Source: a virus
Lineage: Duplodnaviria > Caudoviricetes
Strand: one strand, 5' to 3'
Virus record (IMG/VR): IMGVR_UViG_3300030104_002956
Location: 1 to 59,161 of that record
DNA length: 59,161 bases
Positions 1 to 9,321 of the stretch are shown one piece after another. The translations under genes and the position numbers were made by a program. Below the pieces are notes generated by a model. It saw only the letters and a list, made by a program, of their open reading frames with translations. It had not been told where the DNA came from and did no database searches. Positions within the stretch are counted from its first letter, which is position 1; each line of letters starts with the position of its first letter.

Positions 1-101
1 ATTGCTGCTTGTAACCTAGGGTCATCTCCAGCAGTAATCTCTAAAGCAGTAGATAAGTCTTGACTAATTCTTTCACCTGCTGTTTCATACAACATAGGGT
101 C
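1..101. repeat. Terminal direct repeat (assembly overlap), copy 1
   Basis: Identical to 59061-59161 except position 99 (g) vs 59159 (a). It lies inside a reading frame that runs across the junction, so it is most simply a circular-assembly overlap. Confidence 0.95.
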
Positions 102-374
102 AATAGTTCTCATTTCTTGAGGATTAACCCCAGCTCTTTTATAAGCTTCTTTAACAGCTTTAGAAGCTTGTCTTTCTGCTTTTCTCATATCATCTTTAGC
201 TCTGGATGCTTGTCCTAAACTAAAACCAGAACTAGCTAGCTTAGTAACACCACTTATAATAAGCATTGCGGTCATTGGATCAACAGCTAAATATGCCTCT
301 TCTGAAGGAATAATTAAACCAAATACGTACTGAAGGACAAAGATGTTAAGGATTGCGAGTATTATCTTAATCAT
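1..374 (-). CDS. 5' part of junction-spanning putative ejection/internal virion protein (279 aa in total with 58595-59161)
   Basis: ATG at 374 reads MIKIILAILNIFVLQYVFGLIIPSEEAYLAVDPMTAMLIISGVTKLASSGFSLGQASRAK... and is in frame with MLYETAG at 95/59155. It is the first of three genes after the tail nozzle. Confidence 0.75.
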   Translation of the reverse strand, partial: MIKIILAILNIFVLQYVFGLIIPSEEAYLAVDPMTAMLIISGVTKLASSGFSLGQASRAKDDMRKAERQASKAVKEAYKRAGVNPQEMRTIDPMLYETAGERISQDLSTALEITAGDDPRLQAA

Positions 375-377
375 ATG

Positions 378-385
378 CAAATATA
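378..385 (-). promoter_or_regulatory. Bacteroidota-type -7 promoter box TATATTTG
   Basis: Matches TAnnTTTG, 3 nt before the ATG at 374 (near-leaderless). Confidence 0.6.
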
Positions 386-390
386 CTAAT

Positions 391-1143
391 TTAAGGGAAA
401 CTTTTCATTGTTTCAGAACTTACTGAAAATAATTCTACTTTGGAAGTAGAGGTATTAGTGAGCTCATACTCACAATAATGACCTAATACACCGTGTGACT
501 CTGCTACTGTGTTTTTAACATATAATATAAAGTCACCATTACTAGGAGCACTACCTCCACTTATAGTAGTATCTATTTTTATAATTTGGTTTGTTATAGC
601 TTTTACTTCTCCTGCTAATGTAGGGGTAGACCCATAGTAAATCATATCACCTATACTAATAATACTACCTATATCTACAGAAGAACCAAAAGCAAGAGTA
701 GTTGCAGATGGAGTAGTGGCATCAACTGTGTCTACATTAGCTATACCATTAGCATATCTCATTAATAAATTAATATCTGTTTCTAAAAATCTAATAAAAG
801 CAAAGTAATTACCTTCTTTCTTTTCAAAAAAAGTAGAGCTAATACTTCCTGTTTGAGGTAAGTCAGTGGCTAAAGTAGCAGACCAAGGTGAGTCGGATTC
901 TAGTGTTAGTGTTTTAAATAATTTAGTATCTAACGGCCCTTTATTAAATACACTTTTAATGGTGGTATTATACTGAACACCATAAAAATTATTTCTCAAA
1001 CTATTAGTATTGTGCCTATATAATTGACCGTTCTTAAAAGTATATAAATAGTTGTTCATACCTTGAATATAATCTGGTATAAATGAATAAAAAGAAGGCC
1101 ATCCTTTTACTCCTGGGCTATATGATAAGGTTACTTCTGCCAT
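391..1143 (-). CDS. Tail protein, probably the C-terminal portion of a split nozzle/stabilisation protein
   Basis: Begins TLSYSPGVKGWPSFYSFIPD, resembling the late part of podovirus nozzle proteins. Starts 3 nt after the 1681-aa gene. Confidence 0.55.
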   Translation of the reverse strand: MAEVTLSYSPGVKGWPSFYSFIPDYIQGMNNYLYTFKNGQLYRHNTNSLRNNFYGVQYNTTIKSVFNKGPLDTKLFKTLTLESDSPWSATLATDLPQTGSISSTFFEKKEGNYFAFIRFLETDINLLMRYANGIANVDTVDATTPSATTLAFGSSVDIGSIISIGDMIYYGSTPTLAGEVKAITNQIIKIDTTISGGSAPSNGDFILYVKNTVAESHGVLGHYCEYELTNTSTSKVELFSVSSETMKSFP

Positions 1144-1146
1144 AAT

Positions 1147-4100
1147 TTAACTTGAACATAAACTTACTTGAACAATTAATCCATTTGCATCTTGTCTTAA
1201 CCAGTATGTATCAACTACTGTTGGGTTTGGATTAACATATAAATAATAACCAGCCGCTGCAGGCACTGTCATAGCAGCATCATTATAAATAGCAGTTGCT
1301 TCAGATGGCACAGCAGCATCTAAATAATAAGTTTGTAACACGCCACTTCCTCCACAAACTATACTTTCTGTAGCGCCAAATGATAAATTAACAGCAGTTG
1401 ATGTTCTATAGTCATATATTAAATACAAGTTAGACACTGGAGTAGTACCAGTATTCGTATAAGTAAAAGAACCTTCAAAAACTCCTGTAGATGTGTTAGA
1501 TATAGTTAAGTTATTACTTGCAGCTGCAGTTAATAAGTTATTAATACCTGTTTGTGTATTAGCATAAGTAGTACTACTTAATAAATGCAATAATCTATTT
1601 CCATTATTAGTATTAAAATCAAACGTATCTGAACCTGTTTTAGCAGACTTAACAGTTATTACAGCGTTAGGCGTTGGGGTAGTTCCTACTGCTACTTGAG
1701 AAGTATATACCTGATACTGAGCAACTCTATGTGTTCCACTACCTGTTCCTGTAGCAACATTTGTAAAAGTCACAGGCTGGTTGATAAGTGGACTAGATAC
1801 AGTTGGTGTTAAACTAGTTGAAACCCATTCATATTGATTATGAATACTAGGAGCTAAACCAGTAAACTCACTATTAATACATATTTGATATACATTAATT
1901 AAACTAGCATCTGGACACTGCGCAGTAATAGAATAGTTAGCAGATGTTCCTATAATAGAAACAGTTATAATAGCAGTGTCAACAGTTGGTTTATCTTTAC
2001 TAAACTGAAAAGTACCAATTCCAGTAACACTTCCAGACGTAGCAGTATTTCCATCGTAAGTAACAGATATATCAATATTACCTGAAGTAACATTATAATC
2101 TATATCGGTTGTTCCCATTGAATTACCTAAATTAACTGTATAAGTAAAACTTGATGTTTGATTATTGAATTCTAGTTCTGATCCACAAGACACTACTTGA
2201 GCGTCAACTGGTAACGTTTTGTTATTACTACTTAAAACATACTCATTCATATATGGATCATAACCCCCTATTTTTTGAGTATTAAAATCTTCTATAAATA
2301 AATCTCTAAAATAAGATCTCATTCCTGCTTGAGATATGACTTCTAATGATTCATTGGAATAAGAACTACCGCTCAACTTTATAACAGCTCCACGTTTGGC
2401 ATCCGTAAAATATTTATCATAACCAAACTCAGCATAACTTTCTGGGTTGTGACTAATGCCATATTCTTCTAATCTAGTTATTTGCTTACCTAATATTGTT
2501 GGTGTAGAAGTAACATCAGATTGACCAGCAGCAGTAGTAAGTAAGTTTTTGTTTACTAAAACATAAGATACTTTATCTTCTTGTAGTACTAATAAATCAT
2601 TTTGTCTTGCTTTAAGAAGTTCAATATTTCCAAAGTCTTCATTTAAGTCTTTGAAATTAAGTATACCTAAATTAAATTCATTAAGTCTATTTAGTTTGGT
2701 CTCATCATTGTATACACCACTATAGGTAATAGATGCATTTCTTCGTTTTTGTTTAAATTCAGAAAGTGCTAAAGTGTAAGTTCTTTCTCCAATGTTTACA
2801 GCATCCTCTTTAAAAGAATCTTGTATTTTACAACTTTCCATACCATTTCCCCAAGCATAACAGTTAAAGAAATTAGTAACTATAATAGCGTCTGCATCAA
2901 CTGTACCTCCCTCAACTGGAGTTGCTGAACCAAAAGCCACACTTAATACAATGGTATTAGCGTCTGGTTTTTCTAATACAGTATGTTCACCATTATATTG
3001 AGGATTGGTTGGAGATAAGTTAGTTTGTTGCACATTAATAATATCGCCAACAGAAAAAGGAGCAGTAGTTAATCCTGTGCCTCCTGTACTAGTGAGTGCT
3101 AAGTTTCCACCATAATAAGTAGATGCCGATAACCCTTGAGAAGATCTATAAGCGTTATTTTGAGCATTATCATAAAAAGTCCAAGTATTTTGGTTTTGAA
3201 CACTACCAGTATGTAAATCGTTAGTTATTTCAAAAACTTGATTTCCTTCATAATATATTTCATCAGCAGCATCTTCTCCATCTGTTTCTAATACAAAAAG
3301 ACCATCAGGTATATTACTTATTTTTACTTGTATAGATACTTTTGAAGTTCCATTAGTTATGTAATTTAACCTAGTCTCAAATCCTGACTTAATTCCAATT
3401 CCTGCAACAGAAGAACCACCATCATCAAAAGTGTTAAAACTAACAATATGCTCTCCATAATTCGAAGCATTTTGAGAAGTTACTATTGGGGCATCATCAT
3501 CAGTAACTGTAATAGCATTATTTAATTTATACCTAAACTTTTCGCCTTCATTCCCACCGTAATCTATTTCATCATTTGCAAAAAAACCACTGTTATTTGT
3601 AAACTGCTGCTGCACCATTTGATTTAAATTATCTTGAAGTGTTGCTCCTGACGAATATTCCTTATCAGCTCTTCTTGTGGTTATTAGATTACTGAATTTA
3701 TTTTTGTTCTCCTTGTTTGAAGTGCTACTAGGTCTATTATCTGGTCTTTCACATCTTATTTTTATAGTGACATTAGTTCCTTCTTTTATGGTAGCACTTG
3801 AAAATGGATTAGTTGATCCAGTAGACAACACACAAACAGCGTCAATACCTCTAAATGGAAGTAAAACATTTTTTTGTTTTTTACCATTTTTTTCATTAAT
3901 TAAACCAGGTTCATTTACTCTGTATTCATTTCCAGGAGAAAACTTAGCATAAGGACCTGGTCCTGGATAAGAGGCAGAGGCAGTGTCAATATTAGGATTA
4001 GTGGTTTTCTCTAAACAAGTAGCCTCTATATAGGAATTTTTAGGCCCATCAATATCTCTTTTTACTGTATATACTTCTCCATCCGATACTTTTTGAGCGG

Positions 4101-6192
4101 TCTCCCCCTCTAATAAACAGAAAAATTCAGTAGAGTCATTTTTGTCTGGCTCAGCTCTAATAAAAAACAAAGTATCATAATTTAATTTAGATGGCTTGAT
4201 AGCAAACTTATAATATTTTGCCCAAGATGGTGGTTTTTGAGAAATAGGAATATTAACCTGTGCTTTATTAATTAATGTAGAATTTTTTGCAGGCACATTA
4301 ATACTACTATCTAAACTAACTAATGCAGTGCTAGACCTAGCATAATCATCCATATAAATTATAGCTACATCATAATCTCTATTACTGTGTAAACTCTCTT
4401 TATCTCTATTTGAACTAATAGTAAAAAAACTAGGATTAGTTTCAGGGTCAGCAAATTCAAACCCCTCAAATGACTTAACGCCTCCTGCTTCATAAACAGC
4501 CATTAAAGTTTGTAAACTTACTTGTGTTGGGCTGGTCATTGTAAACGCCTCTACAAATCCCGTTTGCCCTGTTGGGTAAGTAGATGGAGAAACAATAGTA
4601 GAAGAAGCTGCAGCAGCATTTGGAACGGCTGAATTAATAGCAGTTACACTAGCTCCGCCCACACTATTAATTGCGCTATTATCTAATAAATTACTATTAA
4701 ACTGGTCTGTTGCTGTAACCCCTGTAGCAGCACTTGCAAAAGTTTTAAAAGGAGGAGAAGTAGCAGAACCTAAACCTGTTCCTATTAAATTTTTAAAATC
4801 ATCACTACCTACAAATGAAGCCACATCAGCATAAGTATCTGTCAATTGAATAGTAGAAGTAATTGTAAATGAAAAATCAGAAGACCTGGTTAAGTTTAAT
4901 GTTGCTGCAGTTTGATTATATATATTAGCACCACTCGATAAACTTGTAAAAGTAGCTGTAAAAGAAACAAAAGCTCCTTGATTAAATTGTGTTAAACCAA
5001 AATCATAAACTGCTTTTGATTTATCCACACTTATTGTACTAGGACTTGAACTAGCATTAAGCACTTGATAGTCTGAAGATAATAATTGACCTTTAAATTC
5101 ACCAGGTATATTAACTAAACTAGTTACATAATCTAATTTAACGTCTAACCCACTACTGTCTTTCATATCATATCCATCTACATAATTACCTAACATTAAT
5201 CTGTTTCCAGATTGTGTCAAAGCTTTGGCTTTTAATGGAATGGCATCATAAAGCCTTGAAGATTCATTTGCTGAAAGAACACTAAATACTTCTTTGTTTC
5301 TAAAAAATATAGATTGAGTAGTATTATCTGCCCATCCTAAATCTGATTTACTATACCTATCTATTACTTTAATTACTAAACTTGAACTTTCTTTATAACA
5401 AACTTCTATTTCTTTTACTAAAGAAGAGCCTGTATTAAAAAAAACAGTGGCTGCGTTATATGCATTAACCATTGATTCATTTTTAATAGTATTAAAATCT
5501 ACTTCTACAGGAATGTCATTTTCTGGCTCAAATGCAGGTGAACTAAATGGAGATAAAGCAGAGTACTCTCCATCTTCATATCTAAACCTGTATGCAAAAG
5601 AAACAAACTTATCTGTTAAAAAACTTTGATCATCGTTATCAGCACTAGATAAAGTAAAAGTAGGTGGATTAATAGGTGGCTTTACTATTAACTTAATCTC
5701 ATCTGCTGTTATTTGGTCTACGCCACCAACAGGAAAAGCATAAGACCTATCTACATTTATTTTTCTAGGTGGATTTAAATTATCAGTAAATATTAAAAAC
5801 CTATCTATTAACTCAACTCCTGTTATTAAATTACTTGGGTTAAAATTTAATACAGTAGTAGATATAACGTGGTATACAGTAGCAGAGGTTTTTACATTGA
5901 ATGAAACAATTAAGTCAACTACTCCAGGATCAGTAATAAACCAATATATAGTTTCATCAGAATCATCTGCATAAGAACCAATACAAAGTGCATTAGCACT
6001 CAATGCCACTCCTTGATTGGTAATATTAGTTAATAAAGTATTTCCTTTAGTATTCTCTAAAGTTCCAATCTCAGAATCTTCTGTGGAACCTAACCTGGCA
6101 TTTAATGCATCTACATATTCTCCAGGAGGTAGTATCCTTTCGTCAGTAGACTTATTCATTACGCCTTTAAAGAATAAACTATTTAATTGCAT
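1147..6192 (-). CDS. Tail stabilisation/nozzle (muzzle-like) protein, 1681 aa
   Basis: N-terminal GxMNKxxDERxLPxGEYxDALN, FAYRFRYEDGEYSALSPFS and GNRLMLGNY motifs typical of crAss-related/P22 gp10-like nozzle proteins. Follows the ring proteins. Confidence 0.7.
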   Translation of the reverse strand: MQLNSLFFKGVMNKSTDERILPPGEYVDALNARLGSTEDSEIGTLENTKGNTLLTNITNQGVALSANALCIGSYADDSDETIYWFITDPGVVDLIVSFNVKTSATVYHVISTTVLNFNPSNLITGVELIDRFLIFTDNLNPPRKINVDRSYAFPVGGVDQITADEIKLIVKPPINPPTFTLSSADNDDQSFLTDKFVSFAYRFRYEDGEYSALSPFSSPAFEPENDIPVEVDFNTIKNESMVNAYNAATVFFNTGSSLVKEIEVCYKESSSLVIKVIDRYSKSDLGWADNTTQSIFFRNKEVFSVLSANESSRLYDAIPLKAKALTQSGNRLMLGNYVDGYDMKDSSGLDVKLDYVTSLVNIPGEFKGQLLSSDYQVLNASSSPSTISVDKSKAVYDFGLTQFNQGAFVSFTATFTSLSSGANIYNQTAATLNLTRSSDFSFTITSTIQLTDTYADVASFVGSDDFKNLIGTGLGSATSPPFKTFASAATGVTATDQFNSNLLDNSAINSVGGASVTAINSAVPNAAAASSTIVSPSTYPTGQTGFVEAFTMTSPTQVSLQTLMAVYEAGGVKSFEGFEFADPETNPSFFTISSNRDKESLHSNRDYDVAIIYMDDYARSSTALVSLDSSINVPAKNSTLINKAQVNIPISQKPPSWAKYYKFAIKPSKLNYDTLFFIRAEPDKNDSTEFFCLLEGETAQKVSDGEVYTVKRDIDGPKNSYIEATCLEKTTNPNIDTASASYPGPGPYAKFSPGNEYRVNEPGLINEKNGKKQKNVLLPFRGIDAVCVLSTGSTNPFSSATIKEGTNVTIKIRCERPDNRPSSTSNKENKNKFSNLITTRRADKEYSSGATLQDNLNQMVQQQFTNNSGFFANDEIDYGGNEGEKFRYKLNNAITVTDDDAPIVTSQNASNYGEHIVSFNTFDDGGSSVAGIGIKSGFETRLNYITNGTSKVSIQVKISNIPDGLFVLETDGEDAADEIYYEGNQVFEITNDLHTGSVQNQNTWTFYDNAQNNAYRSSQGLSASTYYGGNLALTSTGGTGLTTAPFSVGDIINVQQTNLSPTNPQYNGEHTVLEKPDANTIVLSVAFGSATPVEGGTVDADAIIVTNFFNCYAWGNGMESCKIQDSFKEDAVNIGERTYTLALSEFKQKRRNASITYSGVYNDETKLNRLNEFNLGILNFKDLNEDFGNIELLKARQNDLLVLQEDKVSYVLVNKNLLTTAAGQSDVTSTPTILGKQITRLEEYGISHNPESYAEFGYDKYFTDAKRGAVIKLSGSSYSNESLEVISQAGMRSYFRDLFIEDFNTQKIGGYDPYMNEYVLSSNNKTLPVDAQVVSCGSELEFNNQTSSFTYTVNLGNSMGTTDIDYNVTSGNIDISVTYDGNTATSGSVTGIGTFQFSKDKPTVDTAIITVSIIGTSANYSITAQCPDASLINVYQICINSEFTGLAPSIHNQYEWVSTSLTPTVSSPLINQPVTFTNVATGTGSGTHRVAQYQVYTSQVAVGTTPTPNAVITVKSAKTGSDTFDFNTNNGNRLLHLLSSTTYANTQTGINNLLTAAASNNLTISNTSTGVFEGSFTYTNTGTTPVSNLYLIYDYRTSTAVNLSFGATESIVCGGSGVLQTYYLDAAVPSEATAIYNDAAMTVPAAAGYYLYVNPNPTVVDTYWLRQDANGLIVQVSLCSS

Positions 6193-6193
6193 A

Positions 6194-7117
6194 TTACTTT
6201 ATAATCTTATCCTGGCCTCTTAAATTCATAAGTAGTCTTCCAGGGTGAATGTTACTCATTCTTATTTTGGCATTTCTTAATAGTGCTGACTTACTTTTTC
6301 TGTATCGGTTTATAACGTATTCTGGTTCGTTTAGTTTAGTATTTAATATAGAGTAACTTATATAAGAGTATAAAAACTCTTCAAACATTTTATTTACAGT
6401 AACCAAAGAGTCATTACCATTTTCCATACCATCTGAAACATATTCTAATATAACAGACCTATTAGCTGCTCCTGAACTAAAATTAATAACGCCACCCTTA
6501 CTATTTATTTTAAATGTAGGTAGTGCGTTAGCGGTCTCAGTATTTAAACCAAACCTTTTTCCTACAGCATAATCAAAGTACCAGCATCCATCTATGCACC
6601 AACCCTCCATATTGTCGTAAGGGCTATTTTTATTTAAATAAATACTTTTTTTAGTATTATTAATTCTTTCTAAATCAATAGTAGAGTTTTCTGGTTTTAA
6701 TACATTACCATCTTGATCAAATAAAATCTTATTATTATTATCTTGAAGATAGGCCTCTGCGTAATTAGTTTGAATATTTTCTGTTAAAGGAAATAAATAA
6801 CCGTTATGATATATAGATACTCTAACCCAGTTTATGTAATCTGATGGTAATATATATCTTAGATTATCTCCTACGTCTAACTGTAATATTTTTATTTCTT
6901 TAAAGGCATCGTAGTTTAATTCTTGTATTGCTCTTTTAGCGTGAAATAAAATTTGATATCTATCTACATTGTTAATTAATTTATTGTTGCCAACATACAT
7001 TAACATATAGTTATTTACGATATCCTGTAAAGAAACATATTGGTAAGAACCCCAGTTCGCATTCTCAGGAACATTACCATTGTTTTCATAATATTGATAT
7101 TGTGATATATAAGCCAT
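6194..7117 (-). CDS. Tail ring / head-tail adaptor protein
   Basis: LPSDYINWVRVS motif and position between capsid and nozzle genes. Confidence 0.6.
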   Translation of the reverse strand: MAYISQYQYYENNGNVPENANWGSYQYVSLQDIVNNYMLMYVGNNKLINNVDRYQILFHAKRAIQELNYDAFKEIKILQLDVGDNLRYILPSDYINWVRVSIYHNGYLFPLTENIQTNYAEAYLQDNNNKILFDQDGNVLKPENSTIDLERINNTKKSIYLNKNSPYDNMEGWCIDGCWYFDYAVGKRFGLNTETANALPTFKINSKGGVINFSSGAANRSVILEYVSDGMENGNDSLVTVNKMFEEFLYSYISYSILNTKLNEPEYVINRYRKSKSALLRNAKIRMSNIHPGRLLMNLRGQDKIIK

Positions 7118-8046
7118 TAACTATTTTCTTGTACCATTTCCATTTTTTGCTGTGCATCAGCTACTTGAACTACTTCAGATTCTCTAATAGATAAACCAGC
7201 GTATTTTAAAATACTTATTACTAAATCCGTTTCGTCTGACAGTGGTAACTCAAAGTCTTGATAATCTGCTTGAGATTGGTCAAAAAGAGGTTGACCACCA
7301 CTAAGAGAAGTAAAAGTCCATTTAGGGTCTTTTGGATATCTAACATATTGAGTTTGTAAATCAGCTGGTCCAGATATAGTAGTTGGATAAGCAGTAACGT
7401 TATTACCTTCTAATACATAAGCTGGATATTGTGTAGTAGGAGCTGTTAAGTTAGAGTTAGTTAAATAAAATATTTTATTTTGATGCACTCTTTCTACTTC
7501 ACTAATATTATCATTATTATAAATTACATAATTTTCTCCGCTTACTATTATGTCACTGCTTAAATTAAGTGATGTATTAGCAACTGCCGTTACAAAAGCA
7601 GATGTGGAGTCATTGGTATTTACTACTATGTCACCTATATTTACTACTCCTAAAAAGTTAGCATCCACATCATCTAATTTACCTACGGTAGTTCCCGTAG
7701 TAGTTCCTGAAGCTAACTGAGTAGAGTAATAAAATATTTTATTAATTAAATAATAATCAGTAGGAAGCGAATAAATATTGGCATTAACTCTAGTTAAGAA
7801 TGACGTAACTGAAAAACTATCTATTACTTCTTCTATTCCTTTGGTAATGTCAGCATATCCTGTTCCAGATAGTCTAGTAAGTCTGTTGTTCTCTTTATTT
7901 ATTTGATTATTATACTGGTAAAAATAATCTTCAAATATATCTAATTGTGCTTGTTTTGCGAAAAGGTTAAAGTCACTGGGAGATATGTATCCGTAATTAT
8001 TTTTATTCAGTATAGAAAGAACAGTATTTCTAACAGAATTTATCAT
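7117..8046 (-). CDS. Tail ring / head-tail adaptor protein with inserted beta domain
   Basis: LNKNNYGYISPSDFNLFAKQAQ, LPTDY and YVRYPKDPKW motifs; position. Confidence 0.6.
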   Translation of the reverse strand: MINSVRNTVLSILNKNNYGYISPSDFNLFAKQAQLDIFEDYFYQYNNQINKENNRLTRLSGTGYADITKGIEEVIDSFSVTSFLTRVNANIYSLPTDYYLINKIFYYSTQLASGTTTGTTVGKLDDVDANFLGVVNIGDIVVNTNDSTSAFVTAVANTSLNLSSDIIVSGENYVIYNNDNISEVERVHQNKIFYLTNSNLTAPTTQYPAYVLEGNNVTAYPTTISGPADLQTQYVRYPKDPKWTFTSLSGGQPLFDQSQADYQDFELPLSDETDLVISILKYAGLSIRESEVVQVADAQQKMEMVQENS

Positions 8047-8062
8047 CTAAAATCTTTTGATA

Positions 8063-8070
8063 CAAAGATA
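8063..8070 (-). promoter_or_regulatory. Bacteroidota-type -7 promoter box TATCTTTG
   Basis: TAnnTTTG immediately after a terminator and 16 nt before ATG 8046. Confidence 0.65.
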
Positions 8071-8073
8071 AGC

Positions 8074-8108
8074 AAAAAAAAAGAGGTCCTAATCTTTTTT
8101 AGAACCTC
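8074..8108 (-). terminator. Rho-independent terminator
   Basis: Minus strand GAGGTTCTAA...TTAGGACCTC stem followed by T9. Confidence 0.7.
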
Positions 8109-8134
8109 CCTTGTATTTTAAAAATTATCAATAA

Positions 8135-8440
8135 TTAACCGAATGTTAAACCAGAAATTTCTGGTACTCCACCAGCAGCATCTGCAATTCCAGCTAAACT
8201 TAATTGAAAAGATGGTTTTGTCCAAGCTAATTGTAAAGCTTTTAACATAGCATCTTCAATAGCATCTCTAACATCTTCATTGTTAGCGGCCATTGTATCG
8301 TGAGCTACCTCTACGTGTTTTCCTGATGTATAATGAATTTTAACTGATGTAGTACTTTCTTGTTCTACAATAGCTACATCATTTATAAGCACTAATTGGT
8401 TTTGCTCATTTTTGACGGGTATACTTAAGTATTTTTGCAT
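8135..8440 (-). CDS. Hypothetical protein in structural module
   Basis: Clean 101-aa ORF with its own promoter box and terminator. Confidence 0.7.
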   Translation of the reverse strand: MQKYLSIPVKNEQNQLVLINDVAIVEQESTTSVKIHYTSGKHVEVAHDTMAANNEDVRDAIEDAMLKALQLAWTKPSFQLSLAGIADAAGGVPEISGLTFG

Positions 8441-8469
8441 AATAAAAAAATTTATGTGTTAATAAAAAG

Positions 8470-8477
8470 CAAAGATA
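8470..8477 (-). promoter_or_regulatory. Bacteroidota-type -7 promoter box TATCTTTG
   Basis: TAnnTTTG in the intergenic gap upstream of 8440. Confidence 0.6.
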
Positions 8478-8517
8478 GTCTATTTTTTTTACTGTGTTAG
8501 TGTGTTAACATACCTTA

Positions 8518-9261
8518 CTAACTCTTTAACATATCTTGAAATGCTTTGTATATCTCAACACCTTCATCTCTTTGAAAAAACCCAGCTACTGTTTGTATGT
8601 GGTCTTCACCAAAAGGAACCATTAATAGTTTAGTCTTTTTAGTTTTAAGATTATAGTAAACATCCTTACCATTGTTTCTCAAACTTAATAATCCTTTTTC
8701 AAATATTTTAACTACAGTGTCTTGTAATTCCAACATTGGGTCATTAATCGCATCTAAAAAGTCAACAGGATTATTTCTAGCAAACAATATGACATCTCTT
8801 TTTAACTCAGATGTAGTAAGTATTCTAGTGTCTAAATCTAAATATACTCTAGCTAATGTTTCCATTTGATCTATAGTTAATTCAGACGCTTGTTTGAATG
8901 CTTTAGATTCTATTTCTAAATACTCTACTTCTTTTTGAGCATCTGCTTCTTTATCTATTTCTTCAAACATTACACCATTGTCTGGATGGTAATGTAAAAA
9001 TTCCTGTAACACAGGATTTGTTTTAGCAACAAACAACATTCCATCTTCAAATATAACAGGTTCTAAAACAGCATTGCTGTCCTGCTCATCCTCAAAAGGA
9101 CTTTTTTGATTAGAAGCGTAACGTAAAGGTCTATTGTGAGTGCCATCAAAATGTAATAATGGCTTTCTTCTTGTGTTTCTAGAATTAAGTGTGAAACTTA
9201 ATGGTTGTTTATCATTTTTTAATTTATAAACACGGTCTTTTAATTCTTTCTTTTTTTTCAT
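8518..9261 (-). CDS. Hypothetical protein downstream of the major capsid gene
   Basis: 247-aa ORF; LRYASNQKSPF and IFEDGML motifs; function not recognised. Confidence 0.7.
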   Translation of the reverse strand: MKKKKELKDRVYKLKNDKQPLSFTLNSRNTRRKPLLHFDGTHNRPLRYASNQKSPFEDEQDSNAVLEPVIFEDGMLFVAKTNPVLQEFLHYHPDNGVMFEEIDKEADAQKEVEYLEIESKAFKQASELTIDQMETLARVYLDLDTRILTTSELKRDVILFARNNPVDFLDAINDPMLELQDTVVKIFEKGLLSLRNNGKDVYYNLKTKKTKLLMVPFGEDHIQTVAGFFQRDEGVEIYKAFQDMLKS

Positions 9262-9280
9262 TTGATTTAATTTAAAGTTT

Positions 9281-9308
9281 AAAAAATAGGAGGGGATTGC
9301 TCCCCTCC
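9281..9308 (-). terminator. Rho-independent terminator after major capsid gene
   Basis: Minus strand GGAGGGGA-GCAA-TCCCCTCC-TATTTTTT. Confidence 0.85.
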
Positions 9309-9321
9309 ATAAATTATGTTA

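Noticed and set aside
1-101. 101-bp end repeat as a biological terminal repeat or att site
   Set aside because: It falls mid-gene with the frame continuing across the join, which is best explained as an assembly overlap.
8455-8507. Three TGTGTTA copies around a promoter box as an operator
   Set aside because: Short, AT-rich and not clearly repeated at other promoters; insufficient support.
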